Shown here: one piece after another, positions 36,801-44,739 of the stretch
Layout: every line of letters starts with the position of its first letter
How positions within the stretch are numbered: position 1 is the first letter of the stretch
NCBI GenBank assembly: GCA_934725735.1
Contig: CAKVCP010000001.1
Coordinates: 1-63,047 of the forward strand
DNA length: 63,047 nt
Reading direction: 5' to 3'
Origin: an uncultured Thermoguttaceae bacterium
GTDB lineage: Bacteria > Planctomycetota > Planctomycetia > Pirellulales > Thermoguttaceae
Notes under the pieces: model-generated
The model's input: only the letters and a program-made list of their open reading frames with translations
Told to the model about the DNA's origin: nothing
Databases searched by the model: none
Position numbers and translations under genes: made by a program

Positions 36801-37346
36801 TAAGGCCCACTGTGATCCGTCGGCGAGGACGACTTTCAGTTCGCGAACGCTCTCATGAGGAGAACCGTAGCGCAACCATCGAGGCCCGATATTGTCGACG
36901 GAAAGAATACTGCCGATCGTTCCCGTCGGAACGTGCCCCGAACTTGGCGCGAAGAACGCTCCATGCGAGCGACGAAGAAGTTCGTTGACGCGTTCGCGCA
37001 CCGCGCCGGGCTGCGCGCGCACGTAATCGTCCCCCGCCTGCAACGCGCGCTTCATGTGACGCGAAAAATCGAGGATGATCCCCGAACCGATGGAGGCGGC
37101 GGAACCGCTTGTTCCCGAACCTCGACTGTGAACGGAAAGCCCCTTTTCAACCGCGTATTGCACGACGGCGGAAACGTCTTGCGCCGTTTTGGGCCAGACG
37201 ACCGCGCGCGGACGTTCCTCAAAGGGACTCCCGTCGCTCGAATAGAGTTGGCGAATGACGTCGTCGCAACGCGCGTCCCCGTAAATTAGGCCGCGCAGGT
37301 CTTCCTGAAGACGCGCTTGACTCGCGGTCAACGGTTCTTGCATCAT
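33867..37346 (-). CDS. Fused FAD-linked oxidase / Fe-S / CCG-domain oxidoreductase (YdiJ / GlcD-GlcF fusion-like)
   Basis: N-terminal FAD_binding_4-like region (VVWPKTAQDVSAVVQYAVEKGLSVHSRGSGTS). Two ferredoxin-type Cys clusters (CTGCGRCRIRTPETRLCP; CLRCRLCLTECP). C-terminal CCG motif (GCCGFAC). Confidence 0.85.
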   Translation of the reverse strand: MMQEPLTASQARLQEDLRGLIYGDARCDDVIRQLYSSDGSPFEERPRAVVWPKTAQDVSAVVQYAVEKGLSVHSRGSGTSGSAASIGSGIILDFSRHMKRALQAGDDYVRAQPGAVRERVNELLRRSHGAFFAPSSGHVPTGTIGSILSVDNIGPRWLRYGSPHESVRELKVVLADGSQWALKNYPAAADALPTAWRALAPENAEHAFRAQFLNVVAAETQGVDPLLELRQSGKGPDSPDGLLCGLDFDDGYGIRSFRSDFVRNEYFLRVFGDGAHELRSLIKKEPWRSALLALRDAIPYLDAEQRRSRPCRCGYALRDVVRFGFNPTRFFTGSEGTLGIITEATLATFETPPASAATILLFDSIDRAVRAVPRVLDFDPTLCDLLDSRVVALTREWDSRFEETFPQGTEAALVVELDADSSDVLRSKMEILQHVARKELGSFGRWLAYAPEERGIFRELLQKSSCARLRVAPSFQIFPYWDDVQVPVDKAADFLSDVHALLKRAELVYSVSGHIGNGQLSIQPLLPYDVEEERRALALSDEFENLALSYGGEIGSARGNGRVRTASLTKRFPKLSRAFVNVKDAFDPCNTLNPDCVVSPEMRRLVREDRLFSDAHVAATPRQDASPSVGAPEEDDDILAPESDAALRESSLHSRNVKRRAPYVKGATEIGAWKTQAAARRADPLEYQLAWDPELVSAPARQCTGCGRCRIRTPETRLCPAFRHMPEEDASCRGKANLIRGVLDGALPLTTMTRGVALEIGRHCLRCRLCLTECPAQVDASRLAFRIRSAYVAAAGMSFSELCVSRVDLLLSAASLVAPLVNQALRNKLVRRIIERALGLAYARRLAPLAARSQTNAVLKRGQDSRKLVVALAQTQASIEAPAVATRKARKVALFADVYERRFDPELLESALAILEKNRIQARILPTPRSAGQTSFALGDLDRAENFAVKNIAAFREAMRDGSTIVALEPSAAACVVKDYPYFCDDPDAQAVYGNIVDFCGYLARLDALSELNRDDLQPIPEVKTIGYHAPCAALALSGKATSSATNAQTLLGLIPGVEIHRLERGCCGFACFAGFSRKRYYESLQLGGRLFLAARRRELQLCSSECSFCALQLAQGTTRKRTSGPPVVHTIKALAVSYGLLSKESAVTTTYSPEDFEE

Positions 37347-37349
37347 ACG

Positions 37350-38453
37350 CTATTCTTCCTTTGCCGATTCGCTTTCCGCGCGATATTCTTTGAACCACCG
37401 CGCGAATTGACGCAATCCTTCGCGAATTGTCGTTTGGGGGGTAAATCCGAAATCGCGTTCCAGAGGGCGCGAATCGGCGTATGTTTCAAAGACGTCTCCT
37501 GGTTGCATCGGGACGAGTTCGCGCCGCGCGTTAAAGTCGTAATCCGCAGGGAGAACCCCGGCGTCGACGAGCTCTTCTTGAAGGACGGTCATGAATTCGA
37601 GAAGGTTTTCAGGGCGTCCGCCCCCGATGTTGTAGAGCGCGGCTGGCGCGATAGGGAGCCCGTCGTCTCCGCGCCGACGCGAGGGCGCGGAACGCATGAC
37701 GCGGACGACCCCCTCCACGACGTCGTCGACGTAAGTGAAGTCGCGACGGCAGTTTCCGTAATTGAAGAGTTTGACCGTCTCGCCGCGCGCGAATTTCTCC
37801 GCCGCAGAATAGTAAAGCATGTCGGGACGCCCTGCGGGGCCGTAGACCGTGAAGAAGCGCAACCCCGTCGTGGGAATATCGTAAAGCTTCGCGTAAGAGT
37901 GCGCTAGAAGCTCGTTCGACTTCTTCGTCGCCGCGTACAACGAAACTGGTTCGTCCACCGGATCCCCGACGCTGAACGGAATCTTTTTGGAGCCCCCGTA
38001 AACGGACGAGCTCGACGCGTAAACCAAATGCTCGACGCCTTTTTTCCCGCCGTCGTAGCTATGTCGGCACGCTTCGAGAATATTGACGAATCCCACGAGA
38101 TTCGATTCGACGTAGGCGTAGGGATTTTCCATGCCGTATCGAACGCCCGCCTGCGCCGCGAGATTGACGACGACGGCGAAGGAATAGTCCGAAAAGAGAT
38201 CGTCGATAAAAGACTTGTCGGCGATATTTCCGAGTATGAAACGCCATGAAGAAGACGAGCGCCGCGCTTCTTCGTCGAGGATTTTGAGGCGATAAGATTT
38301 GAGGGAAGGGGAGTAATAGTCGTTGAGATTATCGATTCCGACGATATTTGCGCCTTCGAGATCGCGAAGTAGCCGCGCGACAAGATTGGAGCCGATGAAA
38401 CCGGCGGCTCCGGTAACGAGGACGGGGATGGAATTAAGGTTGATTTCTCTCAT
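37350..38453 (-). CDS. NAD-dependent sugar-nucleotide epimerase (UDP-glucuronate 4-epimerase-like)
   Basis: VLVTGAAGFIGSNL Rossmann motif, DNLNDYYSPSLKSYRL, and YAATK catalytic YxxxK. Confidence 0.8.
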   Translation of the reverse strand: MREINLNSIPVLVTGAAGFIGSNLVARLLRDLEGANIVGIDNLNDYYSPSLKSYRLKILDEEARRSSSSWRFILGNIADKSFIDDLFSDYSFAVVVNLAAQAGVRYGMENPYAYVESNLVGFVNILEACRHSYDGGKKGVEHLVYASSSSVYGGSKKIPFSVGDPVDEPVSLYAATKKSNELLAHSYAKLYDIPTTGLRFFTVYGPAGRPDMLYYSAAEKFARGETVKLFNYGNCRRDFTYVDDVVEGVVRVMRSAPSRRRGDDGLPIAPAALYNIGGGRPENLLEFMTVLQEELVDAGVLPADYDFNARRELVPMQPGDVFETYADSRPLERDFGFTPQTTIREGLRQFARWFKEYRAESESAKEE

Positions 38454-38497
38454 ACAGACCTTTGAAGGAATGGGGCGGACGGAAGCGTCGCGCCGCG

Positions 38498-40813
38498 TTA
38501 CTTGTTCGCGTTTGACGCCGCGCCCTCCCCGGAGGAGGAATTGAGGGACTGATTGCGCGATTGCCGATCGGAGCGCGAACTTTGGAGCGCCTGCAAGAGT
38601 CGGTCGCGCCTTGACGTCGACGATTCTTGCGTATCCGCTGTCGTCGCGGTTGGCGCCTCGGCGGTTGCGTCGGCGCTTTCTTGGACAGAGGAGGGGGGCG
38701 CGTCGCCGGTCGACGTTTCCGACGCGGTGGGGGAGTCCGTCGTCGAAGACGAACCGAGGGATTCGTTGCGCGATTGCCGATCGGCGCGGGAACTTTGGAG
38801 GGCCTGCAGGAGTCGATCGCGCCTTGAGGAGGACGCGTCTTGAGCGCCGGTCGTCGCCGGAGAGTTCGTCGCGTCGACAGCCGTCGCGAGCGGATCGGTT
38901 CCCGTCGCGTCGCGAGCGCCGTCGGCGGCGATAAATGAGTCTCCGAGGGGCGGTTGCGCCGTCGCGTCGAAGTCTGACGTCGGCGAAACGCCAGTAGCGA
39001 TTTCTACCGCCGCAAAGGGATCTTCGTTAGAAAACGCGCCGAGGTTATATCCGGAACTATGGCTTGTCGCGTCGGGAAAGTCTTGAACGGCCTGCCAGTC
39101 GAGTTCGGAGACGCCAAAGGAGGCGTTGGGATCCGTCGTCGAGGTCGTGTTTCCGCCTAGGAGAACCGCGTCGGAGAAGCCTTTGCCGAGGGAGGTGAGA
39201 TCTTTGTAAAAGACCTGGCGCGGTGGAACGGTGGTACCGTCGACGACGACTTCGGCGCGAGTCGTTTCGTCGGAGTCGTCGAGAAAACCGACGATCTGGC
39301 CGCGAAAGACGTCGCCGCGACCGGTCGTCTTATTATAGAGCTTTTTCATGACGTCGAGCGTGACGACGCCTTTGGCGTAAAGCCAGATTGCGTGACGATA
39401 TTCGCTTGGCGTCGGTTCGGCGGGATCGGGTCGCGCGTCGAGAATCCGCTGCACGTCGGCGTTCGCGAGTCCAGGGAGCGCGGCGAGAACGGGTCGGGGC
39501 GCGGCGTTGACGTTGACGCGCCCGACGATCGTCGTGGTCGGACTCGTCGACGCGTAATCGAGGAGCGTCATAATCCGGTTGATATTGGCGTTGGCGGCGC
39601 TGTCGAGAAGGGGCGACGCGAAATCGACGTCGTTGATCTGAACGACGGCGCCGACGACGTCGAGGGGCGTCGCGAGTTGCGTTGTTGCGGCGACGCTATA
39701 GTCGAGGGGCGCTTGAGCAAGGGGCGCGACGTTTGCCGTAGCGGCGGGAGTCGCGAGACGCGAGGCGGAGCGACCGTAACCGCGTCGCGTCGGCGCGGCG
39801 TCTTCTTCTGGCGCCTTCGGACCGTACTGACGGTATAGAACGATGAATTTCGCGAGATCGGCTCCGACGCGCGATTCGAGTTCCTGATAGAGGAACTGAA
39901 GATCGTCGACGTTCAAATTGACACGCGCTTCGCCTTTGGGATCGACGTCCTTTTCCGCGCTAAAGACCGTGAGGAGAGTGTTCCAAGGCGCGGTGATCCC
40001 TTCGCTGTTTTCATTTCCTATACTTGACGCGACGCCGCGCAACGAGCCTCCGAGCGTCGATTGCGATTCGTTTCCCGAGGACTTTTCCGTGTTGTACGTA
40101 TAGTTTTCGTCCGCCCCGTAAAGTTGGGTGCGCGTGACGCCGCGCGCGAGGAGCAGCTCTTCAAGAAAGACGGGCGTCGCGTTTCGCGGGCTGTACGGCA
40201 AATTGCGCTGCGAATAGTAAGACGCTTCGGCGCCGTTTTGACGCGGATTTTCGTCGGGATCGATCCAGTCGAGGATCGAATCGGCGGCGGTCGGGGTCAT
40301 GCCGGGAAGTTTCATGAGCGCGTTTCGGCCCGCTCCCGCTTCTTCCTTCTCCCATTCTAGGACGGCTTGAAGATTGAGACGCGACGATTCGTCGACGAGC
40401 CCGTAACGCGCGCCGGTGATCGTCGAATCTTCGAGTTTAGGGGAGAGTATTGTAAAGCGCGACGAATCGGCGCCCCCTTCGCTTCTGTCGAGAAGTTGCG
40501 CGGCGCAAAAGAGTTGGGGATTGTTGTAGAGTCCGCCCTTTTTGTCGCGTTCCGTCTGATTCGTTTCGACGCACGCGGAGAGATATACGACGGCGGACCG
40601 CGCGACGCCGCGGACGAGTTCTTCGCGTCCGCGCGTAAAGGTCGCTTCCTGCTCCGTCTTCATGAGCGTAAGAAGAGCGGCGCCGCTGAGCGTCAACGCG
40701 GTGAGAACAAGGGTGACGATCAGAAGCATAACGCCGCGCCGCGCATCTCGCGGAAGGGCGCCGCGCTTGACGACGATCCTGTCGGCGCGTTGTAAACGTC
40801 TATTGTCGTTCAT
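38498..40813 (-). CDS. GspK-like minor pseudopilin (type II secretion / type IV pilus-like) with a long S/T/A/D-rich repeat-bearing C-terminal extension
   Basis: N-terminal TM helix (GVMLLIVTLVLTALTLSGAALL). GspK-like segments (PGMTPTAADSILDWIDPDENPRQNGAEASYY; RVNVNAAPRPVLAALPGLANADVQRILDAR). 771 aa. Confidence 0.7.
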   Translation of the reverse strand: MNDNRRLQRADRIVVKRGALPRDARRGVMLLIVTLVLTALTLSGAALLTLMKTEQEATFTRGREELVRGVARSAVVYLSACVETNQTERDKKGGLYNNPQLFCAAQLLDRSEGGADSSRFTILSPKLEDSTITGARYGLVDESSRLNLQAVLEWEKEEAGAGRNALMKLPGMTPTAADSILDWIDPDENPRQNGAEASYYSQRNLPYSPRNATPVFLEELLLARGVTRTQLYGADENYTYNTEKSSGNESQSTLGGSLRGVASSIGNENSEGITAPWNTLLTVFSAEKDVDPKGEARVNLNVDDLQFLYQELESRVGADLAKFIVLYRQYGPKAPEEDAAPTRRGYGRSASRLATPAATANVAPLAQAPLDYSVAATTQLATPLDVVGAVVQINDVDFASPLLDSAANANINRIMTLLDYASTSPTTTIVGRVNVNAAPRPVLAALPGLANADVQRILDARPDPAEPTPSEYRHAIWLYAKGVVTLDVMKKLYNKTTGRGDVFRGQIVGFLDDSDETTRAEVVVDGTTVPPRQVFYKDLTSLGKGFSDAVLLGGNTTSTTDPNASFGVSELDWQAVQDFPDATSHSSGYNLGAFSNEDPFAAVEIATGVSPTSDFDATAQPPLGDSFIAADGARDATGTDPLATAVDATNSPATTGAQDASSSRRDRLLQALQSSRADRQSRNESLGSSSTTDSPTASETSTGDAPPSSVQESADATAEAPTATTADTQESSTSRRDRLLQALQSSRSDRQSRNQSLNSSSGEGAASNANK
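38543..38827 (-). repeat. Two 72-nt direct repeats (213 nt apart) inside the 3' end of the GspK-like gene
   Basis: 38543-38614 and 38756-38827 are near-identical. They encode SRRDRLLQALQSSR(A/S)DRQSRN(E/Q)SL twice. Confidence 0.85.
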
Positions 40814-42645
40814 TATTCTTCGTGTAGGTAAGCGCGTCGAATTGCGGCGAGCTTATAAAGCGTTGGTTTCGGTTTCTTATCGACCCCAAGAAGCCCGGAG
40901 GTCGGCGTAAAGTTCTCCGGAGATTCGATCTCGGAGGAGCATGAGACTTCGCGGAAACTCGATTCGTCCGACGCGAGATCGACCTCGTCGTACTTTTCTT
41001 CTTCGAATTCGTCGTCGCCGAGTTCGTCTCCAACCTCGTCGACTTCGTCGTAGACGTCGGAGATTGGGGCGTTGTTCGAGGGGACGGACGTCGTTTCTTC
41101 GGAATCGCTGTAGAAGACGCTTGTCGTCGACGCGTACTCATTATAACTCATTTGCGGCGCATCTTGCCATCGCGTCCATATAATTTCGTCGACTGCGCGT
41201 CGCGTGAGCGCGGTGGAATAGAATCGCCGCGCTGTTTCTTGCTGCATTTGAGGGCTCCAGAGGAGCTCTTCGAGGGGTTTGGCTTCAGCGCGGGATTCGC
41301 GCGTGAAGAAGCGGCGTTTTCTTTCTTCTCCGAAGGGGGAAGCGGTTAGAAGACGGTTGGAATCGGCGCGATTAGGGCGCCCTGCGGGGGATTCGCTCGG
41401 ACAGGAAAAAGCGACCGCCAAGGGAACCCCGCCGATCGACCAGCGTTCGAAGAAACGGTGCAACTCCATTGGATCGCGCGGCGCCGTCGTGGCGGGTGTG
41501 AGTCCGAAGTTGGCTTCAATGTAGTATCCGTGGAACGCGCGTCCTCTGGAGAGTTGGGCGGCGAGCTCTACGGGGGGCGCCAGTTGGTCGTTTTCGAAGC
41601 GCGCGTAGTCTCCGAAGGCTTGTTCGAATCCTAGAAAGATTTGAGCGCCTGGAAATCTGGCGACAATTTCTTTTTTGGATTGAATTGCGGCGAGAAGTCG
41701 AAATTCGAAAGTGGGGCGATTGGGGACGTTTTCAACGTTTGTCGCGACGATCCATCGGGAGACGTGCGAACCGACCGAGTCGATAGCGGAACTGAGGTAT
41801 CGTTCGAATTCGCGCTGAAGTTGTTCCGCAGAGACGTTTTGCGCGCGTAAATGCTCGGGCAAATCGGAGCCCCAGCGGACAAGGGGGCCGAGTGTAATTT
41901 TCAGGTTTCTTCGACGAGCGTCGCGCAAGACCTTCTCGACGCGTCCCCAGTCGTAGCGTCCGCCGCATTCGACGTCGCGCCAATTGACGCGAATATTGAC
42001 GGAGGAAAAGACGGACTCGAGAGACGCGCGGCGTTTTGCTTGAGGGGAGAAGAGGGCGTCGAAGGAGTCGAGCCATTCGTCGTTGGCGTCGACGGCGAAG
42101 GAGAAATTGGTCGACCATTTTGCGGCGTTTCTTCGCGCCGCGAGCGCTTGCGTCAGGTAATATTCGTTAAGCTTTCTCGAAATTTCGCGCAGCTCGGTGA
42201 AAAGCTTGACGGTTCTTTCGTCGAAATCATGTTCGTCGTCGTTTGTCGTGACGAGTTCGGCGAAGAGACGCGCGCGTTTTCTGATAGCGACGCGCAACCG
42301 CATGGGCAGCACTAGTCCCGCGGCGCCCCAGTCGGCGCGTTTTTTCTGTATTCTCGAGAGTTGTCCGCGCGACAATTCAAGGAAGAGTGAACGTCTTTTT
42401 CGTCCTGAGGGGAGTAGCTCGGTCGAGGCGTAGAAGAAACCGCCTTCGCCGTCGGAACATGGGGCGTAGAGGGACGCGGAAGTATCGGCGTCGTAAACGG
42501 CGACGAGTAGATTGCGCCGATCGTCGATTTCGTCGACGCGAATTTGCGTTCTCGCCGGTCGTCGTCCGCGCAAAGCGACAAACGCGCGTCGCGCAAGCTC
42601 TGCGGCGAGGAGATGTTTGGGGTAAAAAAAGAAGAAGACGCCCAT
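40813..42645 (-). CDS. Hypothetical protein with acidic C-terminal tail, translationally coupled to the GspK-like gene
   Basis: 610-aa ORF. Its stop TAA overlaps the downstream ATG (TAATG at 40811-40815). It contains a WIVATNVEN segment but has no family I can name. Confidence 0.6.
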   Translation of the reverse strand: MGVFFFFYPKHLLAAELARRAFVALRGRRPARTQIRVDEIDDRRNLLVAVYDADTSASLYAPCSDGEGGFFYASTELLPSGRKRRSLFLELSRGQLSRIQKKRADWGAAGLVLPMRLRVAIRKRARLFAELVTTNDDEHDFDERTVKLFTELREISRKLNEYYLTQALAARRNAAKWSTNFSFAVDANDEWLDSFDALFSPQAKRRASLESVFSSVNIRVNWRDVECGGRYDWGRVEKVLRDARRRNLKITLGPLVRWGSDLPEHLRAQNVSAEQLQREFERYLSSAIDSVGSHVSRWIVATNVENVPNRPTFEFRLLAAIQSKKEIVARFPGAQIFLGFEQAFGDYARFENDQLAPPVELAAQLSRGRAFHGYYIEANFGLTPATTAPRDPMELHRFFERWSIGGVPLAVAFSCPSESPAGRPNRADSNRLLTASPFGEERKRRFFTRESRAEAKPLEELLWSPQMQQETARRFYSTALTRRAVDEIIWTRWQDAPQMSYNEYASTTSVFYSDSEETTSVPSNNAPISDVYDEVDEVGDELGDDEFEEEKYDEVDLASDESSFREVSCSSEIESPENFTPTSGLLGVDKKPKPTLYKLAAIRRAYLHEE

Positions 42646-42896
42646 ATTTGTCAGACTTGTGGAACGCGCCGTTCTTCCAATTTGAACTTCTACGCTGAAG
42701 CTTCATTACCGTAGCGCGCCGCGCGCGTATCGACGTGCCATTAAAATATATATCACAACGACGTTAGAATCAATTGACCGGAGTGGGAAAGCGGCGATAT
42801 TTTCCTAAAAATACAAATTTTTATCAAGTGATGTTAAAATTTGTCGAAAAAACAGAAAAAGCGGATAAATTTTTCCGTCTTTTCACAATAGTGTAT

Positions 42897-42924
42897 TTGC
42901 ATTGCTACTGTTTTTGACTATAAT
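42897..42924 (+). promoter_or_regulatory. Sigma70-like promoter candidate for the TAT-signal oxidoreductase
   Basis: TTGCAT, 16-nt spacer, TATAAT, about 65 nt upstream of ATG 42991, in an A/T-rich divergent intergenic region. Confidence 0.4.
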
Positions 42925-42990
42925 AATCGCGAAAAAGGTTGTTTTACTCCAAAACGACAATATCAATATTTAACTATCAGGAGATGTTTC

Positions 42991-44499
42991 ATGAGTTTGC
43001 AGACTTCCCGTCGTGATTTCCTTAAAGCCTCGACGATCGCAGGCGTTGGTTTCATGGTTGGCGCTGGCAACAGCGTTCAAATTGCGCGCGCTTCCGCGCT
43101 TCAAGGCATTGCGCTCGCCGGTATCGGCGTCGGCGGCAAGGGCTCGAGCGATATCGATCAGGCCGCTCTTTACGGCAAAGTCGTCGCTCTGTGCGACACC
43201 GACCGCAACACGTTGGCCGGTAAAGCGAAGACCTATCCTGACGCCAAGACCTACACCGATTACCGCGAACTCTATGCGGAAATGATGGACAAGATCGACG
43301 CCGTCACGGTTAGTACTCCTGACCACATGCACACGATCATCACCGCCGAAGCCCTCAAGGCTGGCAAGCACGCCTACACCCAGAAGCCTTTGACCCGTAC
43401 GATCGGCGAAGCTCGTTATCTTGGTTATCTCGCCAAGAAGTACGGCGTTTGCACGCAAATGGGCAACCAGGGTTCTTCTCTTGACGCGATGCGTCGCTGC
43501 GTCGCGCAGGTTCAAGCCGGCGTTATCGGCGAAATCAAGAAGGTTCACATCTGGACCAACCGTCCGGTTTGGGCTCAGGGCCCCAATCGCGATATGACGA
43601 TGGAAAAGTTCATCGCCCAGACGAAGAAGGAAGAAGACGACGCCGAATTGATCGAAGATTTGATCAATGAAAAGAAGGAACAGGTCGCCGCCGCCCTCAA
43701 GAAGATTGACTGGGACGCTTGGATCGGCACCGCTCCGAAACGCGAATTCTGGCCCGGCATCTACCACGACTTCCAGTGGCGCGGTTGGTGGGACTTCGGT
43801 TCCGGTTCTCTCGGCGATATGGCTTGCCATACCGCGAACATGCCTTACGGCGCCGCCGAACTCAAGTTCCCGACCGAAGTTGTCGCCGAATCCTCCGGAC
43901 ACGACTTCAACTCCTTCCCCGCCTCCAGCAAGATCTGGTTCCAGTTCCCCGCGACCGAACATCGCGACGCCATCGAAGTCACCTGGTTCGACGCCAAGAC
44001 CAAGCCGGACGCCGCTCTCTTCGAAGAATACGGCATCAAGAACCCGACCGACTCCGGTTCTATCATCATCGGTACCAAGGGCGTCGCTTACAGCCCGGAC
44101 GACTATGCCAATAGCTATCAGCTCCTCGCCAAGGGCGGCGACAAGATCGCCGAAATCGAAGGCGTTGAATGGCGTAAGGCTCCTGAAGACGAACACTCCG
44201 GAAACTTCGACGCGCGCAACAAGCTCGAATGGGTCACCGCTATCCACGAGAACAAGCCCGAACTCTGCTGGAGCAACTTCCCGGACTTCGCCGGCCCTCT
44301 CACCGAAACGATCCTTCTCGGAAACCTCGCCGTTTGGGCCGCTCCCAAGGCTGGCGAACGCGGCGAAACCATCAAGTGGGACGCCAAGAAACTCGAAGTC
44401 ACCAACCTCTCCGAACTCAAGACCCCCGGCGTCGCCGAACTCGTTCGCCCCGAATACCAGAACGGTTATGAAAAGATCGATTGGTCCTTCATTGGTTGA
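42991..44499 (+). CDS. Gfo/Idh/MocA-family oxidoreductase with twin-arginine (TAT) signal
   Basis: N-terminus MSLQTSRRDFLKASTIAGVGFMVGAG, then GIGVGGKGSSD Rossmann-like and QKPL motifs. The long antisense ORF 42970..44247 is rejected. Confidence 0.88.
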   Translation: MSLQTSRRDFLKASTIAGVGFMVGAGNSVQIARASALQGIALAGIGVGGKGSSDIDQAALYGKVVALCDTDRNTLAGKAKTYPDAKTYTDYRELYAEMMDKIDAVTVSTPDHMHTIITAEALKAGKHAYTQKPLTRTIGEARYLGYLAKKYGVCTQMGNQGSSLDAMRRCVAQVQAGVIGEIKKVHIWTNRPVWAQGPNRDMTMEKFIAQTKKEEDDAELIEDLINEKKEQVAAALKKIDWDAWIGTAPKREFWPGIYHDFQWRGWWDFGSGSLGDMACHTANMPYGAAELKFPTEVVAESSGHDFNSFPASSKIWFQFPATEHRDAIEVTWFDAKTKPDAALFEEYGIKNPTDSGSIIIGTKGVAYSPDDYANSYQLLAKGGDKIAEIEGVEWRKAPEDEHSGNFDARNKLEWVTAIHENKPELCWSNFPDFAGPLTETILLGNLAVWAAPKAGERGETIKWDAKKLEVTNLSELKTPGVAELVRPEYQNGYEKIDWSFIG

Positions 44500-44541
44500 T
44501 CTTCTGTTAGCCCTTTAGGGATTTAACTCTTGAAATAAAAG

Positions 44542-44578
44542 AAGGCCGTACGCTTAGGCGCGCGGCCTTTTTCTTTTG
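44542..44578 (+). terminator. Rho-independent terminator after the oxidoreductase
   Basis: aaggccg ... cggcctt stem followed by tttcttttg. Confidence 0.55.
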
Positions 44579-44739
44579 AACGTTCTAGCTGACGAAAGAT
44601 AAAAAGCGACCCTAATTGCGAAATCGGCTTGCGCTTACGGAAAATGTTACATTCTAGAGTGATTCTCTTCGGATGATCTATTGGAAAGAGAGTTATCTCT
44701 GCGACACAATATCCGCGCTCGCTACAGAGGAGGTTTGGC

